A stretch of DNA of 64,000 bases from Magallana gigas (lineage: Eukaryota), in the NCBI RefSeq assembly GCF_963853765.1, contig NC_088859.1, positions 12,276,001 through 12,340,000 of the forward strand, written 5' to 3'. Below, one piece after another: positions 26,911 to 39,014 of the stretch. A model generated the notes under the pieces. It was not told where the DNA came from. It saw only the letters and a program-made list of their open reading frames with translations, and made no database searches. Each line of letters opens with the position of its first letter. The stretch's first letter is position 1. Both the position numbers and the translations under genes were made by a program.

Positions 26911-27699
26911 TAACTACTTTAGTTGTAGTTGTCCGTAGCTGGTCCAGGACTACAGCCCCGGAGGTTCGGACACTCTTCTTAAATGATAGATGATAAGTTG
27001 TAAAGAGGTGTTTGTTTAATCATATATTTTTTGGTCATTTGTATATACATCATATGTTTTTCTTGTTGAGTGAAAGGTGTATGAGTTTTTGAGTGGTTTA
27101 GTGTTTATATTTCTCTTTTCTTTCTTTCTCTTATTTTCTTTTGTTAATGAATGTTGTTAAATCTAAGATGTCTTGTTGTTGTTGTTGTTGTTGTTTGGGG
27201 TAGCCTCCGCTCATCCCGTTACACCCGGGACAGAGGTTTTTTTTTAAAGAAATTGTTTGATGAACAATAAAGACCTGGAAAGGTCATCCAAGTTTAATAC
27301 AAACACACAAAAGCAAAACATACGATTTTGTTTGGAGAGCCAGATTGAGAATTCTAACATTAATTAATTGAGGCAAATAAAACTGATTGTGTAAGAGAGA
27401 AATAATAATACCGGTATTCCATTATTTAAAAAACATTTCCTGTGAAAGAATATACGAAGTTGGAGCTGGTGAAATTCTTCATAAATGTATCGAAATTTAA
27501 TTTTGCAGGTCGAAATTACCATGTTCGATCATTCCATTCTGATGGCCCTTATATCAGGCATGTCTTATAGAAACCTAAAAAAATCTTTTCTTATTATCTT
27601 CAAATAGGAAAGCGAACCCTCCCCCTATATAAAACTATATAAGATACACATGTATGAAAATAAAACTCAGTTTTCTTACCCCCCCCCCCCCCCCCCCCG

Positions 27700-27886
27700 C
27701 GAATGTTCGTGGGTAACCAAAATGCTTCTGGTTCGTGAGGACGTTATTTTGTTTGTAGTGTTAAGTGGTTTCGTGAATATTAAAGAAATGCTTCTACATA
27801 CGTTCGTGGGGATGTACATTCGTAGAAGAGAGTTACCGACGAAATCCACGAAAATTGCCCCTCCACGAACAACGATGATTACACAG
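27700..27886. mobile_element. Right part of a TA-flanked MITE ending ...ACACAG|TA
   Basis: Repeated TTCGTG/CACGAA subterminal motifs ending GATTACACAGTA; left terminus not recognisable. Confidence 0.45.
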
Positions 27887-29205
27887 TATTCCCTTTTTAC
27901 TTTATATTTATCTTATTTGCCATACCTTAAAAAAGTTGTTTCAGGTAAAACAAATCAAAAATGCTTAAATAAATAAACACTGTTAGTACACAATAGCAAT
28001 ATGTTCCCAAAGTCAATTTAGATAACAAATTTTGAATTTGTGACAATCTTCATCGATTTATTATATGTATACAGTTAAAAAGGCTAGATGGTCACGTCCA
28101 TTTTTTTACTATTTCTAAGATATAAAGGAAATGTTACAAATTTGAAAAATTACATTTTTTCTATTTCAAATGCTACTTCATAATGTCTCGCATGGTCTGG
28201 GTGAATGTTTGGTTTGCCCAATCCTTTCGGCGACAATCTTTAGACAATCCAAAGTAGGAGATAAGAATTAACACAAATTTTAAAGGTTATATATTTGTAT
28301 TTTTGGTTTTGTTTACTTTACTAAACACTAGTTCATAGATCCAAAAACATTAACAAAACATTGGTACATCTGATGCGTAATTGTTCATCATCGAGTCTCC
28401 TTTATAATTCAAGATATGCATACATTGTAACTATAGGGTTTGAAAAAAAAACAACCTCTTGAAAACCAATTGAATTTTCCCCCATCATACATGTCTTTGT
28501 TCATTCAAAACTGCGTGGAAATCCAATAATACCATTCTCTATCTTTAGGGGATATTGAGCGACGCAAAATGATGACCGGGCTACAAGCACAATAAAAAAA
28601 GATACATGTAAATTTCAATGAAGATGGCATGATGCTTTCAAATTTTATTTGCTAGATGATTATGATAGCTTAATACCCATGGAATTGAATTCATTGAAAT
28701 GACGTAGCTTTGTCATTTTTCCAAACCATCCAGTTAACATTTAGTTGACTGAATTGCATTGGTTTATCCAATGTCAAATTCCATTTGCTTATCTTAAAAC
28801 ACCGTGCACTACCTGTAAAATTAAAAGCTATCTCTATTCCTCTCAGACTGACCCTGCGCCGATCAGGACATCCTCACCAGGAGAGGGTGGTCGTTCATCT
28901 ATAAAGTGAACATACATGTAAATGCATGTGTTAAATTTTAACTGAGTGGTTAAAATTTATGAGTCTTTTCAAAAAAAGCATCCACTTTCATTTATGATCA
29001 AAAAATCTAAGAGGAGAATCAACTATTTTTATGCATGAAACTGAATACGTTCATTGTAGATCATCAAAATTCATTCGCAGCGCGACGCTGTGTCCATATT
29101 GATGTTTGTAAAGAAAAAAAGGATTTTAAATATCAAGTGAAAAAGGAAAAAATAATGGAATACAATGTGTCATTGTTAACAAACTGTTTTTTTTAAAATA
29201 GATAA

Positions 29206-32041
29206 TCAATTAAACGTACTTGTCACAGTGTCCTGGTCACTGAACGTGTAAATACTCAATGTGTTGTTGTACAGTGTTCCTACCCAAAGGCTTTGAGTAT
29301 GAACATCGTAACCCAGACTGCAAGGTTCATCTTCCTCTTGCGGTTCCATCACATGCAACAGGAACTGTCCATCTTTATCTATCATGTGCACTGTTTTGGA
29401 TATACTATCACAGACAAAAATGTGTGACAATGCATTAGTGCAGATTCCACCTGGTAATAGTCCTGATCCTAATGGATGCCCTGTGTAGGAGAAACGATGT
29501 CTTCCATCCCGATCTGTTACCACTAAAGCATCATCGTCGCACACCACGATATCCCCGTTGTTGTTCTCCGTTATAAAGCGCGGTCCACGGTACAGTTCCA
29601 ATTCGTTGTCGTTATATTGTATTGTTTGTGCCAGTTCTCCGCTTTGGTTGTACCGAGTTACTTTGCCTATGTTTGGTTCCTCTATGTACATCCCGACCAG
29701 TAAATCTCCAGTGAACGGTGACCAACAAACACATCGTGGTCTCCAGGTAGAAGTTTGATTCGTAGTAGAGAATGGCCATTTTACATACTGCCATTTAGCG
29801 TCTTTATTAAAAGAAGACGGCATCCATATATGGCACTGTGGTATCCTTATAGAGGCCGTTGTCAGTGTAAATAAGGTTGTACTTCTCATATCCTTTGATA
29901 ATTTTCTTATGTTATATTCCTCATCTATATAAAATAGTTCATCTTCATTGTTCACAGAATGTAGTCCAGAATATGAATCTTCACATAAATCTTCCAGATG
30001 ATGCAAAGTTTCCCCTGCTTTATTTGTCAAGATAATAGATTTTTTATCGTGGACCCAGGCCCTATCTGATGTCACACAGGAAATGTGATGACAGCTAAAG
30101 ACACCCATCACTTCTGGAGAGATGGATAACTTTTTGGGAGAACCTAATCCCAATAAGTTGTCCTTTCTTTCTTGTGGGGTTTTTGTTTCCGGTGTTTGGA
30201 CATCCCCCATTCCCTCCACCTCATCAAAAATGTCTGCATTCAAATCTACAATGTACAAATATGAGACCCTAAGCCTTAATAACGAATAACTTTATTCATT
30301 GAAGAAATTAATCAATTGACAATTTTTATGTCAAATTTTACTAAATGTAGCATATGAAAGTTTACTTATGAAATACTTAATAATTATTCATGAACAAAAC
30401 ATACTAACAAACAATAAAGCATTAATCAGACTTGCCTGTCAAACCCCCCTGTCGTGTGATAAACCTGTAAACGCAGATTGTGCTATATTGATTAGATCCA
30501 ACCCAGAAACGGTGAGTATTGGCATCATAGCTCAGGCTGTGTGGTGTAAATATCCCTGAAGGTCTTATACGTAGATATGACAGGAACTGACCGTCCCTGT
30601 CTATCATCTGTACTGTGTTGGCTTTACCATCACACACCAGGATGTGTGATAGCACGTCAGTACAGATTCCATATGGAATAAGTCCTATTTCTGGTGGATG
30701 TCCTGTGTAGGAGAAACAATGTCTTCCTACACAATCTGTTACAACTACTCCTATATTAATGTCAGACACCACGACATCCCCATTGTTATTTTCTGTTATA
30801 TAGCGTGGTGATTTATATAAGTTATTTCCTGTGTTGTCGGTAAATACTGTTTGTGTCAGTTTTCCGATCTGGTTGTACCGGGTAACTTTACCTGTCTCTT
30901 TTTCCTCTAAATATCGATACACACCGACCAGTAGATCTCCAGTGGACGGGGAACAGTAAACACACCTTGGTCTCCACGGAGAATCTTTTGTCTCAATAAA
31001 TGTAGTGGCTGTTTTCATATCCCTTGAAAGTTTAGTGATGCAACCATTACCAATAAAAATCAATTCGTTCTCTTTGTTCACGGTGTGAAATCCATCAGAA
31101 TAATTTGATAACTTGTTCAAGGAATAAAGAGTGTCACCTTTTGTGTTTATCAACATCAGATGGTCTCTGTAACTGATCCAAACCCGGTCTGATGTTACAC
31201 AGGAAATGTGGTCACAATGTCTTGCGTCTTTCACTGACAAAGATTGATGTAACTCAACACCAGTCATCAGTTTCAGAAGACGCTCATTTTTAAAGTGTCG
31301 TTTTTCTCCATCTCTCATTTTGATATCAATCAGTGACTCCAACACATCCTTTGTGTTGATAGCGTTATTAATGGAAAGATGGTTGGTGTGGATAGTAAGA
31401 TGTGGGCTGTCACATATTTGGGGGATGTGAGATTTCTCTCTGAGAAATTGCACTGGATTTATTGCTGACTGTTCATATCTAAGCTCGTATCTTTCTGTAC
31501 TGTAACAATATCTCCTCTGTTTTGAACATCTGTGTTTGAAATTAAATCCACCAAACCCATTGTGAAGGCGATCCTTTAGTCTCTGGGCCTTTTTTAACAT
31601 CTTAGATTGATATAATGTGAATGTTTCGTGACAGATATTGTGATCTTCCTCGATTGTTGTCATGAGAACTTGTCTGTTTAGAAGAACCTCACTTCTAATG
31701 ATTTGAATCATTCTTCGCTGGTCTTCTTGCTCTGTTTCATCTCTAATATATAGTAAGGTATGTTTCCTGTGCTCCTTGCCGAGACAACAGGCAGGTTGCT
31801 CACTTAGATCATGGTGCTCTTTTATATCTGAGTGTTTCGAGTGGTTCACTTGTTTTAGATTTGATTTGGGTTTATCACGGTATATTACAATATTATGGTC
31901 AATTGTTTTTAGATCTTGTTTATGGTTTACTGTACACTGGGAACACATATCACATTCACACGTTATACAAGAGTAATTGGTGTCCCCTTGACACGTATAA
32001 CACGTATGCACTTTGTATTTGGTGGCAAACATTTCCATCAT
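29206..32041 (-). CDS. B-box/coiled-coil/NHL beta-propeller (TRIM2/3-like) protein; exons 32041-30436 and 30245-~29220, possible small 3' exon 28898-28843
   Basis: ORF1 has a B-box (CYTC...CITCECDMCSQC..H), a coiled coil and NHL repeats (PRCVYCSPSTGDLLVG, PRYITENNNGDVVVSD, PYGICTDVLSHILVCD). ORF2 holds a second NHL set. Both ORFs are certain; joining them relies on a GC donor. Confidence 0.85.
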
Positions 32042-34009
32042 TTTTTTTAGGGTGGTTGCTTCGGACGTATAATATATTCACCTTAAATAAAAAACAAGAT
32101 TTTTTTTTTGCATTGTTATTCGACAAAAAAATAATTCTAAAATTGTATAAAAGTTTATAAATATGTCTGGAACAACGGGATATCCAGGGGCCACATCGCT
32201 AACATGATTACAATAACTTCACCTTTTTTTTAAAAAACTCTAAACTCAGAAAAGGGAAGAATTTAAAAACAAATACGTAGATTTTGTTTGAATTTTACAA
32301 AGGATAACACCTGTTTTTTTCTTTTCTTTTATACATAAATAAAAGTAGATTCTTAACAAAAGATATGCAGACTTATACAATTTCAATAGATTGTTGTGAT
32401 TTTCTCAAAATTAATAATAACTCACAACTTTTCTCCGAAGATTGTTTTGTTCTTTAACACGTTTTCTTTATTTGAGTATCAGATATAAATTAATGTGATT
32501 GTTTTGTTCAACCTTGTTATTACAATAGTTTAACTTCTCTTTTCCGAAGAAGGATTTGATTATCACCGTCTCATTCAAATTGGTGTAAAGCCTTTTCTGA
32601 CCAAAAGCGATTTCCATATAAATAAATCTTCAATTCAAAATCAAACAAGCTTATGTCCTTTTTATATCAAAATTAGTAAGCAATAATTTGTATCCAATTA
32701 GATGCTCCAATTACAATTTAAGTAACATTTGAGTCCCCTCTGCACGAGAGTTGTGATATGTGACATGAATTCAAATATTCTGTCTATTACACATGAAGCT
32801 TGCTTCCATATTTGTTTCAAAATTCTTATCGTTTTCATATTCGCTATATTTCTCTATACAATTTAACTTTACCCTCCGCTTCTGACGAGTCGCATGAAAA
32901 CATGTTATTTCAAACAATTTATAATTACACAAATAATCCCGACTGTCATTTATTTTTAGAAGAAATAAAGCATTATTTAAGTTTTTTTAAATTTATAAAA
33001 AGGTTAAAACATTATATACACCGTTCCGATGTGTTCACTTTTTTAATTGACTTCCTGGCGGCCGCTGATAAAATTCTTACAAGTTTACGGATTTTTCCAG
33101 TTTTTCCCGTTTTCATTTCTTCTGAACAGATTGCAAAAAATTGTTATTGAATTAATTTTGTGGGGACGGGAATTTTGATGGTGTGTCAACTCACTCTGAA
33201 TTTATCTGTAGGTAACACATGTAGACTGACATTTATGGAATCATTTGAATTCGTGTATGCTCAATTTTCATGGATTTCTTTAATCCTATTATCCAGGAAA
33301 TTAAATCCACGACAAATTGTGTGAAAAAGTTACAGGAATGATATAATAAGTATAAATTAAATATGAAATAATGAATTGTATTAATAAACATGTAGAGCAA
33401 AAACTGTTCTTTTTTAAAATTCACATTAAGCTGTTAATGTCAATCGACATCTGCCGTTTCGAGCTAGATTCAAAGTGCAGTGACGTGAGTAACTCTCGGG
33501 AACTTTATAACAATATTTTTGCAATCTGTTCCCAAGAAATGGAAAAATATACGAGTCGATATACCTATAATGTATACATTTTCATTGTTTTATTTCAACA
33601 TTTCTGTCTTGTCAGGAGGTTATACTTTTAAAGTTTTGTCAGATATGATTGCAAGTAGTTAACAATAGGAGGCTAAACACTTTTTTTATAAACAAAAACA
33701 GAGTCTTTTTTATTGTTGTGGTGATTATTTTCTTACATGTTAACATAAAGATTTGACAATTTGACAAATATCGACCTAAAAAGTTGATTAAAAATCTGAC
33801 AAATCGACATAGCTTTTTAATAAGTAGTGGCAAAATTATTGCGTTATAATAAACGATCGAAGAGTCCTAAAATGATATGTAATGATTTTAAAATCTAACC
33901 TTATTAAATATTAAAGCTGACATGAATTCATAAATACGCATTATTTCCCTTTTATCTTCGACTACCGCCATATTAGTTGTCGATTTCTATTGTTCTGCTC
34001 ATCGCTACA

Positions 34010-34530
34010 CACCCCTTATATAAGGCCGAGAGCCCTCGTCTTGCTTCACCGCATTCAGGAATGTCATACACCCGAACACGTTACCTTGGACAAAAAGACT
34101 TGTAAAAACGCGTTTTGAACAAAAACAATTTGACAACCACTTCACTGGCAAGATATATCCAATAAACGACGAAACAAGACAGACTGAAATCCAGGCGCAG
34201 ATACTTAAAAAATTCTTCGATAATTGTAGACCGTTTCCCTATGTATGTTATAACATCGTACATGCGCAAACCACACACTGTGACCGATCGAGCAATGTCA
34301 ATTATTGCATGGATTTTATAAACGGGGAGTTTTTGTAGGAACGGATGGAAACGTTGTTACTTTCTTGGATTTACTATCATTTATCTACTGTGTTGGATGT
34401 AGTGTTGCCGGGGTTTTCAAGAAGATTTAGACGTTATGCACTCTGTATGAACGACACACGTGTTCGATGTGCATGCGAAGTAAGGCAGCACTGTCTGTGC
34501 AAATAAAACGGATACCTTGGAAATCCCTTC
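34010..34530 (-). promoter_or_regulatory. Candidate promoter of the TRIM-like gene
   Basis: TATATAA on the minus strand at ~34015-34021, YY1-like AATATGGCGG just downstream, TTCAGGAA at 34054-34061, kappaB-like GGGATTTCC (minus, 34519-34527). Confidence 0.4.
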
Positions 34531-35221
34531 AAAGAATAAATATATTTGTATTTCATTGATTGTTGTTTTCTTTATTCTTTATTACTACATTTTACTACAA
34601 TGTGTAGTTCATGCATTTAGAAGTCCGTGCAACGTGAATGCCTCGATCGGAAAGCAACCGACCGTAACTTTCTCAACCGGTATATACACCTCAGTGGCAG
34701 TACAGGAGCGATCGAAACTAATATGGCGACCAAATGCTTTTATGATTTGCAGGATAAATTCAAAGTTCTTGATATTACGAAACATATGTTCAATGAAGTC
34801 TCTAGGTCACCAAAAGGTTTGATGGAAGCAAGCTGCATAGAAATAAAATATAAATCAACAAATTCAATATTTTATCACCGACTTTTTTTTTTAATTTATC
34901 AAAAAATCTATTGATCATTTCAATTTGTGAATTATGCATTTCAACATAACAGTTTTAGAGAAACTCGGTCAATAATAGATGGATACTAGATCGCACACTT
35001 CATTTAATTTTCCAAAGAATTAAGTCAACGTTAAAGAACTATATAATAAATAAGGGCAAGAAATTGAAACGTTTAAAGACAGATCATAACCAAGGTAAAC
35101 CTGCCTAACATAAACACACCTATGTTGTTATTTAATGTCGGTATTAATATATGATGTAAAATCATACCTAGAAAGTGTTACAATCTATGCAGGTTAAATA
35201 CAGCAAAATACAGGCTTTCAC

Positions 35222-35760
35222 CTCCTAACGAAGAACGCATTAAGCATGAAATCAACTATCATATAACTAGAGTTAATTTCCTCATTTAAATTCTTCTTTC
35301 TGTTTAGATTGTTTACATTGTTGCCAACGCACTTCGGTAACGACACATTTCGTTCCTGAAATGTTTCGTTATTTTAATATCATATTCAAAAAGGATACAA
35401 CAATTTAGCAAAAGGGATCTGGATTTAATTATTATTATGATAACTCCAAATATACCCCCACCCTTCAACTTAATGATGGTGAATAATAATATAAGTTCAT
35501 AATAAATAGATCCAATATGTATACATGGATTTGAAAGTAAGATAACTTGATCTGATTATTAAGTTTACTGAGTTGTTATCTCAAATCTATCATTGCAGAT
35601 ACTTTTAATCTGCTACAGATAAATATTTTAATGTGCTACCATGCTATGAAAAATCTAAAACTTACTTGAGATTGGAAAAAATTCACTTTCACTATCAGTG
35701 CAATTCTTATCTGCCTGTAAAAAATTTAAGAGTCAAATTTCAAATCCATCTTTCTCTCTT

Positions 35761-35823
<63 letters not shown>

Positions 35824-36382
35824 AATGATAAAAACATAAAAAATTTAATTGTACTTAAATTGTATGAAACTTACCTGAAATTGCATTAATTCATTTTGAC
35901 CTTCAGGGGCAGTTTTAATGAAAGAATTCAGATCTGTCTGGAAAAAAGTGCACTAAAGTGAATATTCACATCTCAACATCTCTCCCTCCAACTAAAACTT
36001 ATTTATTCCTTCCAAAAAGTCTTCACCTGACTAACATACTCAGCTTTGAAATATATCTTGATTTGGTGTTTCCAATTATACATTTTATTCAATATTATAT
36101 TTATTGGTAATATGCATTTAATATCAATTTAATTTAATATTCAATTCAATTTCATATTTTATACATTTTATTTAAGATTTATAAGTAAAAAAAATGCCCA
36201 TGATGAATCAGTAAACACCATGTTCTGCATCTCTATTTGGTTACATATCAAAATAACTATTCAAATCACCTTAAGCTTCCTAACTGTCTCTTGATTTGAA
36301 ACCATAACATCCATTTCAGCAGTTGCAGAGGACAAGTCATCATGAAGTGGCTCTTCATTTATAACATGTTGTCTCTGAGTCT
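35222..36382 (-). CDS. Putative spliced exons of an unidentified small gene (~36382-36272, ~35939-35877, ~35355-35222)
   Basis: Each segment has a pyrimidine-AG acceptor and GT donor and they read open in phase 0 (TQRQHVINEEPLHDDLSS..., TDLNSFIKTAPEGQNELMQFQ, ERNVSLPKCVGNN...). No family recognised. Confidence 0.4.
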
Positions 36383-36559
36383 GTAAGAGGTCATTATATG
36401 CAACAAATATCAATAAAATATCAGCGCCGGCTAGCGAAGCGAGCTCTAAGAACCAGTGTGCGCGGGAAAAAGAACGAGCTAAACCTACAGTTCATCAAAC
36501 ACAATTTTTTGTCTACGTCCCATAATGCTCTCTAATGTTTACACCCGTGGTGCTATGCC

Positions 36560-36760
36560 AAAAATGGCCGACTTTTAACTCGTAATTTACGGTGACTTAA
36601 AGTTTGAAGACACGTTTTGAGTACCGCATATGCTTTGGCGAGACTCAAAAGATTTGTTACATGCTTCCATAGCTTCGTATTGAGTCGAGAAACGTAAACA
36701 AAGACGAACAAAGTCATGGATGACGTCACAGTGCACTCGCGCTATATTTCCCGCGAAAAA
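36560..36760 (-). promoter_or_regulatory. CpG-rich promoter-like cluster (CRE, E2F, YY1 motifs)
   Basis: TGACGTCA 36721-36728, TTTCCCGCG ~36747-36755, AAAATGGCCG ~36561 in otherwise AT-rich DNA. Confidence 0.5.
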
Positions 36761-37125
36761 TTTAGAGGTGGATCAAACATCTGTAATGAGTGTACTGGCT
36801 ATTTCAGTATAGTCTGCGATACCTGCCTCATTGACATATGATTTGTTTTTAATCTTTTTTTAATATAGAGATTTTATATATATATAAACTAGCAAGGGCC
36901 ATACTTTACTGTCATGTCGATCCATTTTTAAAGTAATTGTGCATGCATGTACCGTGCAGTAGGCAGGTAAGTATATGAGTAGGGAGGAAATAAACAATAG
37001 GACATTTTGAACTAAATAAAAAGGAATAAAATGAAAAAATAAACAGGTAAAAAAATTATGTAGATATTGCATAAAGTCATACCATTAAATAAAAGTGGGA
37101 AATTACACACCTACAAACAGGTACC

Positions 37126-37210
<85 letters not shown>

Positions 37211-38383
37211 GTAGGGGGTTGCGCTGTATATATCATAACCATTAAAATTAGTACATTTGGCATACTTATTGTAGAGCAATACTCTCTCAAAAATTCTTTG
37301 ACGTTCGTTGATACCTAAATAAAACTATAAGTTGACAATGATGCAAGGTACAGTATGTGTAATTCTTGCTCCGCTCGCCAGAACGGTAGCACCGTAAAAC
37401 ATATTATTTCTATTGTTGATATCAGCCGTGTTTAAATCAATTAAATCATTAGAACATAAAGAATTTTCCGGGAAAATAAAATGACAGATCATTGTTGTTA
37501 TCTTCTGCTAGCTGTTTACATGATGTTTTCTATTTTTCAATACAAAAGAGTTACTGCAAGGGCAGTAACTCTTAATGGAATTTAGGTGTTTCCCCTTGGA
37601 ATTCAAGATTTTTACATGCAAATATTTACATTAATTTAAATAACACAACTCTTTTTTTGGGAATGTATATAGGTTATACGAAGAACTTTATATTAGGGAA
37701 GTCAAACAGACTTTTTTATTTTGCGTTCAAAATATATATCCCAATGAATTATAAAGGAAATATAGCCGGATAGACAAAACTTAAATTTACAGCTCTCCAC
37801 AAAAACATCGAAACCTTAAAATTTTACATACACCAATAGATTACGCTAGCACTAGGTTATATTTTTGCAAAGTTTTATGAAAATTGATAACCATTGTTTT
37901 CCTACAAATTTTGGTGCTTACAGAGAATGACTCTTAAAACGATTAACCTGGATATGTTTTATTTTCTTTTTGATTCAATACTATATGTTTTTGAAATAAA
38001 TCGCATTAATGAGCATGATTAAAAAGCCATATATACTGGGAGAAAAGACACAAAAAATATGTAAATTTATTTACAGATTCTTTCTTCCTTAGTACAATCA
38101 AAAGATTGAGTCAATAATAGGGAACATTTTTTCACGTAATGCAAAATAATCAAGGTAAATATTTCTTTCGAATGGCTCTATTTGCCCAAGGGCTGATAAG
38201 GGTATTTCTGACTTGGTCCTGATCAAAAATAAATTTGATCACATGATAGAAGTTTGTTTTGTTTTGTGTTTTAATTGTTTGCTGGTCAAGGTTGTCATGA
38301 AGATGTTCCCCTTTTTGTTCAAACAAAGTAACTTGTCTGATATCCTTTAAAGATCATGTTTCTTTGCTCTTTGGAATTTAGAA

Positions 38384-38388
<5 letters not shown>

Positions 38389-38419
<31 letters not shown>
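38389..38419 (+). repeat. Poly(A) run of about 30 nt
   Basis: Direct reading. Confidence 0.9.
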
Positions 38420-38421
<2 letters not shown>

Positions 38422-39014
38422 AATTATAAAATATGTTGAATTATCAATGTAATGATACAGTAATTTAACTAATTCTGCGACATTGTCCTTTGAGTTTTAG
38501 TAATAGTTCTACAAAAATCCTCCAAACAGACCTTTACCAGTTGCTTCAAGAAATTACTATTACAAAAATGTTATCATGTCATATGTCATAACAATCATGT
38601 CATTATAAAATAGCGATGCTACTGAGAGCTGATCATAATTTTTTCAGACACTCATTTTCTTCTCTTAAAAAAGTTTCCACTGTGTATGTGGTTTGAATTT
38701 TACTCACATATTTTACCACTTCAACGGTGGATGGATTTTGATCTACAATAAACAGAAAAAAGTCTTTGATGTATGATTGTATCGAATATAGCCTTATAAA
38801 AAATTCCTAAAGAAATTTTAAAAAAATCATGAAGCCTACAATAAGAGCCCCGTTAAGTTAATGTTGATCTCCATTACATTATGTAAATAATTTTTATTGA
38901 TAACATGCAACTAATACCAGATTAACAGTGTCTGTGAACTATAAAATTAATACGTCATACATTATAAACAGAATATGCGATGCTGACATCATTTCTGCTT
39001 CATTTTGTAAAGAT

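Noticed and set aside
26600-26940. Asp-rich reading frame resembling acidic shell-matrix proteins such as Aspein
   Set aside because: No start, signal peptide or convincing splice sites, and the register shifts; better explained as a decayed (GAT)n microsatellite.
38260-38680. Coiled-coil-like peptide scraps on the minus strand
   Set aside because: Short, stop-interrupted and without reliable splice context.
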